Assembly: GCA_965226025.1 (NCBI GenBank)
Contig: CBDDCD010000003.1
Location: 1,382,077-1,446,076, forward strand
From: Candidatus Moanibacter sp.
GTDB lineage: Bacteria; Verrucomicrobiota; Verrucomicrobiia; Opitutales; UBA2987
Reading direction: 5' to 3'
Length of the DNA: 64,000 nt
The translations under genes and the position numbers were made by a program. Below, in pieces: positions 10,496-19,943 of the stretch (the stretch's first letter is position 1; each line of letters starts with the position of its first letter). A model generated the notes under the pieces. That model did no database searches. It worked only from the letters and a program-made list of their open reading frames with translations, and was not told the origin of the DNA.

Positions 10496-13400
10496 TCAGA
10501 TCTGCTTCGCGATAGATTCCTCGATATTGGATTTTCCACTCTCCAGGAGGGAGTAGAGGCACGGAACCACGACGAGAGTTAACAGAGTGGAACTGAGAAG
10601 CCCCGCGACCACGGTAATAGCCATAGGTGCGCGGATCTCGGCGCCCTCACCCAAACCGAGCGACATCGGCAACAGGGCCAGAACGGTTGTGGCGGTGGTG
10701 ATAAGAATAGGGCGCAGGCGAACGCTGCAAGCCTGCACAATGGCGCTCTCTTTCTCCATGCCTTTAGCACGCAGGTTGTTGATGTAATCGACCAGAACGA
10801 TGGCGTTGTTGACGACGATTCCCGCGAGCATAATCAATCCGATGAAGACTACAAGGCTCAGTGGAATACCGCCCAGGAAGAGGACGACGGCCACCCCAAC
10901 CAACCCCAACGGAACGGAAAAAATGAGAATGAACGGGTGAAGGAGCGATTCGAATTGGCTCGCCATCACAACATAGACCAGGAAGATCGCGAGCGCGAGA
11001 GCGAAGATCATACTCTTCTGGGACCGATCCATCTCCACTTTTTGTCCGCTGATCAGGAAAGAATAGCCTTCGGGAAAGACCATGCCCCGTAGAGTTTGAA
11101 AGATGGATTCAGTCGCCGTGCCCAAATCGGAATTTCGTATGTTTGCCGTAAGGAGCGCGGAACGCTGCTGGTTGATGCGCCGGATTTCACTGGGACCTTC
11201 CCCAATCCGAACATCGGCCACGGAGGCGAGCGGGATGGGTATCTGACCCTCCGGATTGATCACGAGGCGTTCCACTTCCTCGATTCCAAGGCGATCTTCC
11301 TCTTGGAGACGTACTCTGATATCGATATTGCGAACCTTGCGTCTCAGATTAGTGGCGACGCTTCCTCTAACTTTCTGGTGCACTCGTTCGGCGACCTCGG
11401 CGAGATTCAATCCGAGATCGGCAAGTCGATCTCGATCATAGATGATCTGAAGTTCGGGGTTTCCTCGCTGCAGGAAAGATTTGACGTCAACGACGTGAGG
11501 CAGGGCTGCCAATTTGCTCTCAACAATGCCGCTGAGCTGTCTCAGCGTGGTCAGACCCTCGCCATGAATCTCCACTTCGACGGGCATTTTGAAGCTGAAG
11601 AGCTCGGGATGGGACACTTTAACCTGTGCCTCAGGAATAACCGAGGCGACTTGGCGCAACTGTTCCGTAACAGCGGCAGCACGGTCTTTGGCTGTCGCGT
11701 TGGAAAGCTTGACCGTCAGTTCGGCGGAGTGTTCTCCCTTGTCGCTGCTGGTTGTATCATCGGGATCCACTCCGATTGTTGTGGTCAGGCGCTCGACCTC
11801 GGGAGGGGTCGAAAGGCGGCCTTCGATTCCTTGCACAATAGCCGAGGTCTGGTCGAGGGGTGTGCCCACAGGCAGGGAGATATCCAGGCTGAATTCCGAT
11901 TGTTGCGCGACTGGGATCAATTCCCGCCCTAATCTTGGCATTATCGCGAATAGGCAAAGAGCGAAACTCAGGGCAGCCGCGGAGATGATTGAGCCGCGGT
12001 GAGCCAAAGCGGCAACAATGATTCCGCGATAAGCGGCTGCAAGTCGGTCGTAAATCTTCTGAAAGAGATGAAGCAACGGCGCGATCACGGGAAAGAGGAC
12101 CAACCCTGCCAGGCATAGAACAGAAACCGCGATTGCGACAACGCTCATGAGGAGGATCTGCGCAATTGCGCCGACTGTGCGAATTAGAGTATCCAGTGCA
12201 TGCCGCAGGTAGAGGTAGAATGTTATGACGGAAATGAGTGGGGAATAGGCGACCGTCAGGGTACTGTTTTTTCCTTCGTACCATTTGATGAAACCTTGCA
12301 TGCTCTTGGAGAGACTTGCCGGACCTTGGTAGATCATGATGCCGGGCCGGAGGATTTGAGGCAATTTCCAGGCTCCCAGACCGTCATTCTCAGCCCATGT
12401 CGAAAAATCGCTGAAGGCAGTGTATTGGGGAGATAATCCGAGCGGCTGAAAGAGTCTCAATACCAACCAGATCAGTGGTCCGAACAAGGTAACCGCGCCC
12501 TTCAGCAGACAGGTCGATATAACTGTGATCGCGAGGGCAAGTTTCTTGGTGAGATTGACCGGCACTTGCAGCAAGGTGAGAAGAAAAAGGATGCTGCGGC
12601 GCCCGATCGGTTTGCTCTCATCCGACAGCGTCGCACGGGCCAGAATCATTGTATCGAACTCCATAAAAACCCTGCCCAGATTGGTTGTTTCCTGATTCGG
12701 AATATCTTCCTTTTTGACCTCTCGAGAGGCCAGCATCGGTATAAAATACAGGGCGACCGCCAACGACGCACAGAGGGAAAAGACAACGGTTAGAGCCATG
12801 TTTCCAAAGGTCTGTCCTGCAATTCCTTCAACAAATACGATGGGAGAAAAGACGGCAATCGTAGTCAGAGTCGATGCGGTGATGGCGCCGGCGACTTCGT
12901 GGACGCCACGCACGGTCGCATCGATCAAATCGTCCCCTTCTTCCCGACAGCGAAAGATGCTCTCCAATACGACCACAGAGTTGTCCACCACCATGCCCGC
13001 ACCCAGCGCCAAACCCCCGAGAGACATGATATTGAGGGAGACATCAAATAGATGCATGGGCCCGAATGTGGCCAGGATGGAGACCGGAATGGTCACGCCG
13101 ATGATAAGGGTGTGCAACAGACTCCGCAGAAAGGCGTAAATCACGATTATGGCCATTAAGCCGCCGATGACGGCATTGTTCCTTACTTCGCGGAGAGCAC
13201 TGAGGATGAATTCCGATGGATCGGAAAGAATCTCAATCCGCGCGCCCTCGGGCAGCTGATAGGCGACGAAATCAGTCATTCGGCGGTGTTCGAGGGACTC
13301 GCTAGGTCCTTGCTCTTCCAGATTCTCAACATACCTCTGCTGGGAGGGCAGACCAAAGACGCGGTCACGGACAAGCCGAGACACGGTCACGAGATTAGCA

Positions 13401-14281
13401 TCTCCCTCTTTGAAAATCTCAATTTCGACGCCTTCCCTCCCGTTTATCCGAGTGATGATTTCCCTGTCTTTGGGCGCGCGATAGACGCGACCGATGTCGC
13501 GTAAGCGCACTTCGGCTTCATTTTTGTTTGTGATGACGAGATTCGAGATCTCTTCGAGAGAAACAAATTCGTTGACGGTGCGAATGAGATACTCGAATTG
13601 ACCTTCTCGTAACCTGCCGCCGGGAAGGTTTACATTGTTCTGGGCCAAGAGACGGTCGATTTCGGCAATATCTAGTCGCAGTGCAGTAATCCTGCTTTCA
13701 TCCAGCGAAACATGGATCTCCTCTTCCCAGCCGCCTTTGGCCCTGACCGCGGCGACACCGGGTAAAGATTCCAGTTCGCGCTCAATATCATACTCGGCGA
13801 GATTGCGCAGTTCAAAGAGACTCTGTGGTCCATGCAGCCCGAGGCGCAGAATAGGGTCCAATGAGGGATCATAGCGGAGGAGGAGAGGCTTGTCCGCCTC
13901 GCGCGGCAGGCGCACGCGGTCGACTCTCTCCCTGACCTCCTGGGACATGAAATTCATATCGGTGCCCCACTTGAATTCGAGAATTATGTGGGAATAGCCG
14001 GCTTTCGAAATCGAGCTCTGATTAACTAGGTTTTGGAGTACGCCTAGTTCCTGCTCGAGTGGCCGGGAGATCAGGTTCTCCACTTCTTCAGGCGCGGAGT
14101 CGGGTAAATCCGTGCGCACGGTCAAGGTGGGGTAGGTAATGTCCGGCATGAGCGTCAGGGCCAGCCGGTGATAAGACACCCAGCCAAAGACGCAGACTGC
14201 CACCACGATCATCAATATCGCGACCGGGCGCGATGCTGTCACCGCAAAGTGTGAAGTCTGCCTATTCACCGGCGGAAACAA
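10496..14281 (-). CDS. RND efflux permease (AcrB family) with a long central hydrophobic insertion
   Basis: GMVVDNSVVVLESI, GIVVNNAIVLVD and RLRPILITT motifs; 1261 aa. Confidence 0.92.
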   Translation of the reverse strand: MFPPVNRQTSHFAVTASRPVAILMIVVAVCVFGWVSYHRLALTLMPDITYPTLTVRTDLPDSAPEEVENLISRPLEQELGVLQNLVNQSSISKAGYSHIILEFKWGTDMNFMSQEVRERVDRVRLPREADKPLLLRYDPSLDPILRLGLHGPQSLFELRNLAEYDIERELESLPGVAAVRAKGGWEEEIHVSLDESRITALRLDIAEIDRLLAQNNVNLPGGRLREGQFEYLIRTVNEFVSLEEISNLVITNKNEAEVRLRDIGRVYRAPKDREIITRINGREGVEIEIFKEGDANLVTVSRLVRDRVFGLPSQQRYVENLEEQGPSESLEHRRMTDFVAYQLPEGARIEILSDPSEFILSALREVRNNAVIGGLMAIIVIYAFLRSLLHTLIIGVTIPVSILATFGPMHLFDVSLNIMSLGGLALGAGMVVDNSVVVLESIFRCREEGDDLIDATVRGVHEVAGAITASTLTTIAVFSPIVFVEGIAGQTFGNMALTVVFSLCASLAVALYFIPMLASREVKKEDIPNQETTNLGRVFMEFDTMILARATLSDESKPIGRRSILFLLTLLQVPVNLTKKLALAITVISTCLLKGAVTLFGPLIWLVLRLFQPLGLSPQYTAFSDFSTWAENDGLGAWKLPQILRPGIMIYQGPASLSKSMQGFIKWYEGKNSTLTVAYSPLISVITFYLYLRHALDTLIRTVGAIAQILLMSVVAIAVSVLCLAGLVLFPVIAPLLHLFQKIYDRLAAAYRGIIVAALAHRGSIISAAALSFALCLFAIMPRLGRELIPVAQQSEFSLDISLPVGTPLDQTSAIVQGIEGRLSTPPEVERLTTTIGVDPDDTTSSDKGEHSAELTVKLSNATAKDRAAAVTEQLRQVASVIPEAQVKVSHPELFSFKMPVEVEIHGEGLTTLRQLSGIVESKLAALPHVVDVKSFLQRGNPELQIIYDRDRLADLGLNLAEVAERVHQKVRGSVATNLRRKVRNIDIRVRLQEEDRLGIEEVERLVINPEGQIPIPLASVADVRIGEGPSEIRRINQQRSALLTANIRNSDLGTATESIFQTLRGMVFPEGYSFLISGQKVEMDRSQKSMIFALALAIFLVYVVMASQFESLLHPFILIFSVPLGLVGVAVVLFLGGIPLSLVVFIGLIMLAGIVVNNAIVLVDYINNLRAKGMEKESAIVQACSVRLRPILITTATTVLALLPMSLGLGEGAEIRAPMAITVVAGLLSSTLLTLVVVPCLYSLLESGKSNIEESIAKQI

Positions 14282-14362
14282 GGGGCAACGAGTTTCTCTT
14301 CAAGTAGGAGAGAGTTCACGCACACCGACCGGCTCCGTCCTTTGCTCTTCATACAGCTCTTT

Positions 14363-15505
14363 CTAAGAACCAGTTTCCGACTCCTCAGAGGCTTGCTTTA
14401 CAGTCTCTACGAAGATTTTTACCCGAGTGTCATCCTTAAGGCCATTTTGTCCTCGGACAATCACCGGTGTGTCGATGTCAAAAGCGGAGAGCACCTCGAT
14501 TTGCCGGCTGTTCTCCAGCCCAACATTAATGCGGCTTTTGACGGCTATGCCATCCTTCACGACAAAGACGTATTTATCCTCCCCATCGTAGACGATCGAT
14601 CGCTTTGGAAGAAGGACCGCCTCTTCATGAGTTTCGGTAATGATCCTCACGCTGATGAACAGTCCCGGCGGAAGAAATCCCTGATCCGGGTGCAGCCCAA
14701 TGGTGACTTTGAATGTGCCGCTCTCAGTATCCACCATCGGGCTCAATCTTTTGATCCAACCGGTATAGGGCTTCGCGTCTTCTGTGCCCGGCGTCAAGAC
14801 CGCGGACTGATCCAGCATGATCACGCCTAGGTATCTCTCAGAAACGTGCACACGAGCGATCAATTCTTCAGGATCAGCAATGTGGAAAAGCTTGTCCTGC
14901 GTTGTAATACGGGCGCCGAGTTGCACCTGGCGTTCGGTGATTATACCGCTTATTGGAGCGAGAATAATGCTCCGAGAGAGCTGCAGTTCAGCGCGCTCGA
15001 GGCGGAGACGCGCCTGTTCGAAAAGAAGCTTTTTGTCTTCGTATTCCTGATGCGTGACCATCTCGCGATTGAAAATCTCCTCAATGCGCCCAAAATCGGC
15101 CTCCAGGTACTTCAGGTTTAATCGGCTCTCCTCCTCTTCGATGCGTCGTTCATCGTCCACCAGATAGAGGAGCGCATCGCCCACCTCAACGGTGTCTCCC
15201 TCTTCCACTGCGATGGACTTCACCAAGCCGCTGATTTCTGCATGGATGTCTACGGAACGTTCACTTTCCACGTTTGAGGTGAAGACGAGAAAAGACGAGA
15301 TCCGGCCGACAGTCGCCGAAGCGATCTCCACCGGCACTCCTTCGGTGTCGGAGGACTCCTGCTTGTCAGCTGAGTTTTTTTCGCCAGGTGGGTTGTTTCC
15401 CTGTGTCTTGCCATCCGAATCGATCGAATCTTTGAACCAGGTCAGGTATATCAGCCAGCCCGTGATTATCAGGCTGATCATAATGACGATCGAGAATTTC
15501 CTCAT
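14363..15505 (-). CDS. RND periplasmic adaptor (membrane fusion protein)
   Basis: N-terminal TM, lipoyl-like halves (VEEGDTVEVGDAL; ILAPISGII), coiled-coil hairpin; lies between TolC and RND. Confidence 0.9.
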   Translation of the reverse strand: MRKFSIVIMISLIITGWLIYLTWFKDSIDSDGKTQGNNPPGEKNSADKQESSDTEGVPVEIASATVGRISSFLVFTSNVESERSVDIHAEISGLVKSIAVEEGDTVEVGDALLYLVDDERRIEEEESRLNLKYLEADFGRIEEIFNREMVTHQEYEDKKLLFEQARLRLERAELQLSRSIILAPISGIITERQVQLGARITTQDKLFHIADPEELIARVHVSERYLGVIMLDQSAVLTPGTEDAKPYTGWIKRLSPMVDTESGTFKVTIGLHPDQGFLPPGLFISVRIITETHEEAVLLPKRSIVYDGEDKYVFVVKDGIAVKSRINVGLENSRQIEVLSAFDIDTPVIVRGQNGLKDDTRVKIFVETVKQASEESETGS

Positions 15506-17028
15506 CCCTCTAACCTGGATTCTAACGATTCCCAGCTGAAACCGTGCCGGTTCAAGATGGAGCCATCGAGCGCCTTTAGCTCGGCGGCTGCATCCACCAT
15601 ATCGAGCATAGCCTGGAGACGTCGCATACGCGCTTCGTCCATATCCTCCTGTGCTTCAAGAACGTTGCGAAAGGTAGAAGCTCCGGCTTTGTGTTTGATG
15701 CGCTCTTGCTCAAATTGCTCCTGGTGGAGAGAAACCGTCAGACCGGACAGTTCAAACAGTTCCTGCGCTGCTTGTAGGTTTCTCCAAGCGATACGCACCT
15801 CCAGTAGAGTTCGCTCGTTGATGTCCTCAAGACGGGTCTTCTCCTGTTCCAGTAGGACTTTGGCCATACGATACCTGGCTTTGTCCTCACGGAATCCCCA
15901 AGGAATACTCACTGCGAGTGCCGCCCTCCAGTTGTAGCCCGCGGCTAACACGGCATCATTGAGGGCGTTATCTCCCTCCTCGTCCCGTCCCAGGAATCCC
16001 CCGCGCAAGGAAAGGTCGAGATCGGGTAAGCGACTGTTGCGCGCCAGCCGCAAATTGATCTCCCGTTGCTTGATCACTTCCTCCTGTATCCGCGTCTCGA
16101 GATTCCAATCCACTGCCGACTGATAGGATCTGGCTAAATCGGGTAGAGGCATGAGTTCCTCGGGCAACGCTGAGACATCGAGCCATAGGTCGGAGATACT
16201 GAATTCGCCGATTAATCGCCGCAAGATATCGTTGGAGTCTTCAATTTCCTGTTGAGCAAGAATCACAGATTCTCGTTTCGAAGCAAGTGAGGACCGAGCC
16301 TGCAACACCTCCAGTTTTGTGGAGAGTCCGAGATGCTTGCGCTCCCTGGTTTGCTCCAACAGCGTTTGGGCGACTTCAACACTGGAACGCAGGAGGTCTC
16401 GGTGTTGGCGGACGTAGGCCAGTCTCCAGTATTGAATTTCTGTTTCCGTAATCAGGTTGACCATGTTTTTCCGCACTTCCAGTTCGGTTTGAACCAGCCG
16501 GGACTGCGATTGGGCGAGAGCCGCCAGATTGATTTTCTTGCCGAATCCCTTCAAAAGGGGCTGTTGAAGCTCCAGTTGAATCCTCGCATTATAATCGGGA
16601 TCGAGGATGCGAAAGGTGGAGTTGTCACTGTACCGATTCAAGTAGGTTGCAGCGGTCACTTCGGCGCCTGAGGCGAGCCTTTTACGCACACCGAGACTGT
16701 AATCACGAGTGTCGTTCTCCGGGTTGGCTGAGCCTTCTAGAGCATCCCCGGCGCCGGCGCTAACTTGCTCGCTCAATGCCCCGTTGAGAAAAAGATCATA
16801 GTCAAATGCCGCCTTTTCGATCTGTATTTCCTCTACAGCCAGCTCGGAGCGCCGGCGCTCAATACTCAATCCCAAGTTCTGCTCCAGCGCCCGATCGATC
16901 GCTTCGCTTAGGGAAAGCGCCTTTTCGCTGCCTGTGGTAACGACGGCGTTAGCGCCAAAGAAGATTGCGGCCGACAGGCTCGCAATAAGGGTTGAGCGTC
17001 GGTCTAGAAAACGGATAGAGATCTTCAT
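15502..17028 (-). CDS. TolC-family outer membrane efflux protein
   Basis: LSLSEAIDRALEQN, signal-like N-terminus from ATG 17028, duplicated OEP helices; overlaps the MFP start. Confidence 0.88.
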   Translation of the reverse strand: MKISIRFLDRRSTLIASLSAAIFFGANAVVTTGSEKALSLSEAIDRALEQNLGLSIERRRSELAVEEIQIEKAAFDYDLFLNGALSEQVSAGAGDALEGSANPENDTRDYSLGVRKRLASGAEVTAATYLNRYSDNSTFRILDPDYNARIQLELQQPLLKGFGKKINLAALAQSQSRLVQTELEVRKNMVNLITETEIQYWRLAYVRQHRDLLRSSVEVAQTLLEQTRERKHLGLSTKLEVLQARSSLASKRESVILAQQEIEDSNDILRRLIGEFSISDLWLDVSALPEELMPLPDLARSYQSAVDWNLETRIQEEVIKQREINLRLARNSRLPDLDLSLRGGFLGRDEEGDNALNDAVLAAGYNWRAALAVSIPWGFREDKARYRMAKVLLEQEKTRLEDINERTLLEVRIAWRNLQAAQELFELSGLTVSLHQEQFEQERIKHKAGASTFRNVLEAQEDMDEARMRRLQAMLDMVDAAAELKALDGSILNRHGFSWESLESRLEG

Positions 17029-17181
17029 ATGCTTGTCCAAAAGATTTCGAATTTTCTCGGCTCTGGCCGGTTCCTCCCGGCAATAATCCGGTTGCTCGTA
17101 GGCATGCCCGGCAAAGACAGTATGGGCCTTCAGGATCGAAATGAATCCGCTTTTCCGGCAGCCCTTTAACAAAGGAAAATA

Positions 17182-17742
17182 ATGCGAATTCGAAACGTCA
17201 AGCCAGACGAGAGGGAGATCATACGGCGGATAGCGTCTCTGGTCGTCGAGGGCTTCAGGGAACATTCGCCGGATTCATGGCCGGATATGGACGCGGCTTC
17301 CAAGGAAGTCCAAGAGTCTTTCGGATCGGATCGAATCAGCCGGGTCGCGGTTGAAGAGAGCGGGAGAGTCCTGGGATGGATTGGGGGGATCAGGCAGTAC
17401 GATGGGCATGTTTGGGAGCTGCATCCGCTGGTTGTGGATCCAGATCATCGAGGGAAGGGAATCGGGCGTGCGCTGGTTGCCGACCTGGAAGAAAAGGTTA
17501 GGGAGCGTGGCTGTAATACCCTATGGTTGGGAACTGATGATGAAGATGACCAAACATCACTTTCAGGGATCGATCTCTATCCGAATCCGTTAGAGCATCT
17601 CGCAATGATTCAGAATTTGCGCGGTCATCCCTATGGGTTCTACGAGAAACAGGGATTCGTTATTGTCGGGGTAATGCCGGATGCCAATGGGCCGGGGAAG
17701 CCGGATATCTTGATGGCCAAGCGGATTGGAAGAGGAGAGTGA
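17182..17742 (+). CDS. AAC(6')-Ia/Ii-like aminoglycoside 6'-N-acetyltransferase homolog (GNAT)
   Basis: WELHPLVV, LGTDDED..TSLS, HPYGFYEKQGF and PDANGPGKPDILMAK match the AAC(6')-Ii-type pattern. Confidence 0.82.
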   Translation: MRIRNVKPDEREIIRRIASLVVEGFREHSPDSWPDMDAASKEVQESFGSDRISRVAVEESGRVLGWIGGIRQYDGHVWELHPLVVDPDHRGKGIGRALVADLEEKVRERGCNTLWLGTDDEDDQTSLSGIDLYPNPLEHLAMIQNLRGHPYGFYEKQGFVIVGVMPDANGPGKPDILMAKRIGRGE

Positions 17743-17873
17743 ACAGTGTTCAGTAAACAGTGAACAGGTGTCGGGCTTAGGTCTCGGGATTGGTTGTCTT
17801 TGTCGCGAGCTTTGTCGCGAACTCTCCTGAAACTTCCGCGATTCGACGAATCCGATCGCCGTGCACTCAAATA

Positions 17874-18087
17874 ACGGAGGTCGATTACGCTTACGATTGG
17901 GCTGGTCGATCGTGGGGAGAAGGTGATCCGTAAAGGGCAATCGGAATTCGTAATCTTGAGCGTAATCGAAGCTCGAAGGATCGGAGGTCGATTACGCTTG
18001 CGATTGGGCTGGTCGATTGTCGGGAGGTGGTGATCCGCAAAAGGTAATCGAAACTCGCAATCTTAAGCGTAATCGAAGCTCGAAGCA
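17874..18087. repeat. Imperfect ~107-bp tandem duplication
   Basis: CGGAGGTCGATTACGCTT(A/G)CGATTGGGCTGGTCGAT and GCGTAATCGAAGCTCGAAG each occur twice about 107 bp apart. Confidence 0.7.
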
Positions 18088-18220
18088 CACCACGAACCTA
18101 CCTGAAACACAATAGTTTCGTCCCGTTAAAAGGGGCAACCCATGCCCCGGACCCTGCTTTGTCGATTCACTAGAGGTATCTCCCGATGGATTCTAGGAGA
18201 CAGCGCATTGCTAAGCGAAG

Positions 18221-18350
18221 AGCGGCGCGTCCGGAGGCCACGCCCTACCACCTGACGGTGAATCAACGGACTATCCGAACCCGAGAAGTGAGGGTGAACA
18301 AATTCTGTTCAGCCGCGAGGTGGTAGGGCGTGGCCTCCGGACGCGCCGCT
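18221..18350. repeat. Inverted pair of GTAG-type REP-like palindromes
   Basis: Same unit as 2115-2262. Confidence 0.8.
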
Positions 18351-18453
18351 GAGAGTTGAGATATAACTTGCTGCTAACGATATTCGTTGCCGTGCTGGTA
18401 TCTGTTGCGACATTGTCTACCCTTTGTTCGGAAAGAAGACCTCGAACCAGGTT

Positions 18454-19116
18454 ATGCACAGCAGCACCATCAGGGGAACAGAATTTGAGATCCATTGGCG
18501 GAGCGAAGTCGTTCCGCATGGCGAGTTCTTCGCTTCGTTTCGGGATACGGATCGGGTGGGGGTGGTCGCCCCGCACCGGACGGAGGATATCGGTGCTATC
18601 ACTTTGATCATGTCGTATGTGACGGCATTTTATGATCGTTATCGTGAGCGTGGCTCGGATATTTTTGCCTACCCGGATTTCTTTACCTTTCAGCACGAAA
18701 TCCCTTGTGCCGACTATGGCATGTGCGATATCTGGCCCTATCATAAGAACGTACACGTTGCCGACGGTGCGCAGCGGGCGACCGAAGCTATCAACGATCG
18801 GGGTGTGAATGTCCTGCTGGTTCCGGATGGCGATGCCGGCGAAGTCTCGATCGAAGAGGTTGAACTGGAGAGTGCTAGGAGAAACGTGGGTCGTTGTTTT
18901 GCCTACTCGGAATGCGGCATTACCCATGGGGCAGATCTTGTTTTGGAGTGTCGGAGCGATCTCCTCAGCGACTATGCCCTGGCCGTCCTCAAATCAGTCG
19001 ACGCGGACGGTTCCTCGACGGAGCAACGCGAACGGTGGATGGAGCAGGTGGCGTCGGGAACGCTGCGCCAGTCATTCCGTGAATTGGAACTTGGTGATGC
19101 ACTCCGGAAGGTCTGA
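18454..19116 (+). CDS. Hypothetical protein
   Basis: About 220-aa ORF co-oriented and closely spaced with the downstream genes; start uncertain. Confidence 0.7.
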   Translation: MHSSTIRGTEFEIHWRSEVVPHGEFFASFRDTDRVGVVAPHRTEDIGAITLIMSYVTAFYDRYRERGSDIFAYPDFFTFQHEIPCADYGMCDIWPYHKNVHVADGAQRATEAINDRGVNVLLVPDGDAGEVSIEEVELESARRNVGRCFAYSECGITHGADLVLECRSDLLSDYALAVLKSVDADGSSTEQRERWMEQVASGTLRQSFRELELGDALRKV

Positions 19117-19133
19117 TTGGACTCCAATCTCAA

Positions 19134-19925
19134 ATGCAAGCTGTTCAAGTCGCCGATAGCATTACCAAGCTGGGTCCACAGTTCCGGAGAACCGTGCTTG
19201 TTGCCGGCTCTCACGGTGGACGCTACTGTGGGTATTTGGCGGCTCTGGCAGGTCTGCGGGGCGTGATTTTTAATGATGCCGGCGTCGGCAAGGACAGGGC
19301 AGGCATCGGATCGCTGGATTTTCTGCAGCCTCTGGGAATCGCTGCGGCAACGGTTGGCCATACATTGGCCCGTATCGGGGATGGCGCTGACATGTTCGAG
19401 CGGGGGCGTCTCAGCTATTGCAACGAGGTGGCCGGGACGCTCGGTTGTGAGGCAGGCCAGACGTGCCGTGAAGCCGCCCAGGCGATGTGCCGGGGCAAGG
19501 TGTTTGAAGGGGATACGCCGGATCACGAGGAAGGTCGAGAAGGGTTGCGTGACGGTCCGGTTCGGGTGATCGCATGCGACTCGGCATCGCTCGTCCAACC
19601 CGGCGATGTTGGGGCGATTATCGTGACGGGATCGCATGGTGGTTTGCTTGCCGGAAGGCCCGGCTACGGGCTTGCGGTGCAGGCACGGGGGGCGATCTTC
19701 AACGATGCCGGCGTCGGGATTGATCAGGCGGGAATTCAGCGCCTTGAAATTTTGGATCAGGCTGCGATCCCGGCGGCCACAGTCGATGCCATGAGCGCTT
19801 GCATCGGCGATGCGATTTCGTCCTGGGAGAGTGGCATTATTTCCTACATCAACCCGCAAGCGGAGAAACGGGGTGTGGCGGTCGGTATGACCGTGCCCAC
19901 ATTTGCTGACGTTCTGATGGACTAG
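19134..19925 (+). CDS. Hypothetical protein made of two tandem homologous domains
   Basis: GSHGG...RG.IFNDAGVG.D.AGI..L..L....I.AATV....A.IGD occurs twice. Confidence 0.8.
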   Translation: MQAVQVADSITKLGPQFRRTVLVAGSHGGRYCGYLAALAGLRGVIFNDAGVGKDRAGIGSLDFLQPLGIAAATVGHTLARIGDGADMFERGRLSYCNEVAGTLGCEAGQTCREAAQAMCRGKVFEGDTPDHEEGREGLRDGPVRVIACDSASLVQPGDVGAIIVTGSHGGLLAGRPGYGLAVQARGAIFNDAGVGIDQAGIQRLEILDQAAIPAATVDAMSACIGDAISSWESGIISYINPQAEKRGVAVGMTVPTFADVLMD

Positions 19926-19943
19926 AAATCTGGCGGATAACCA

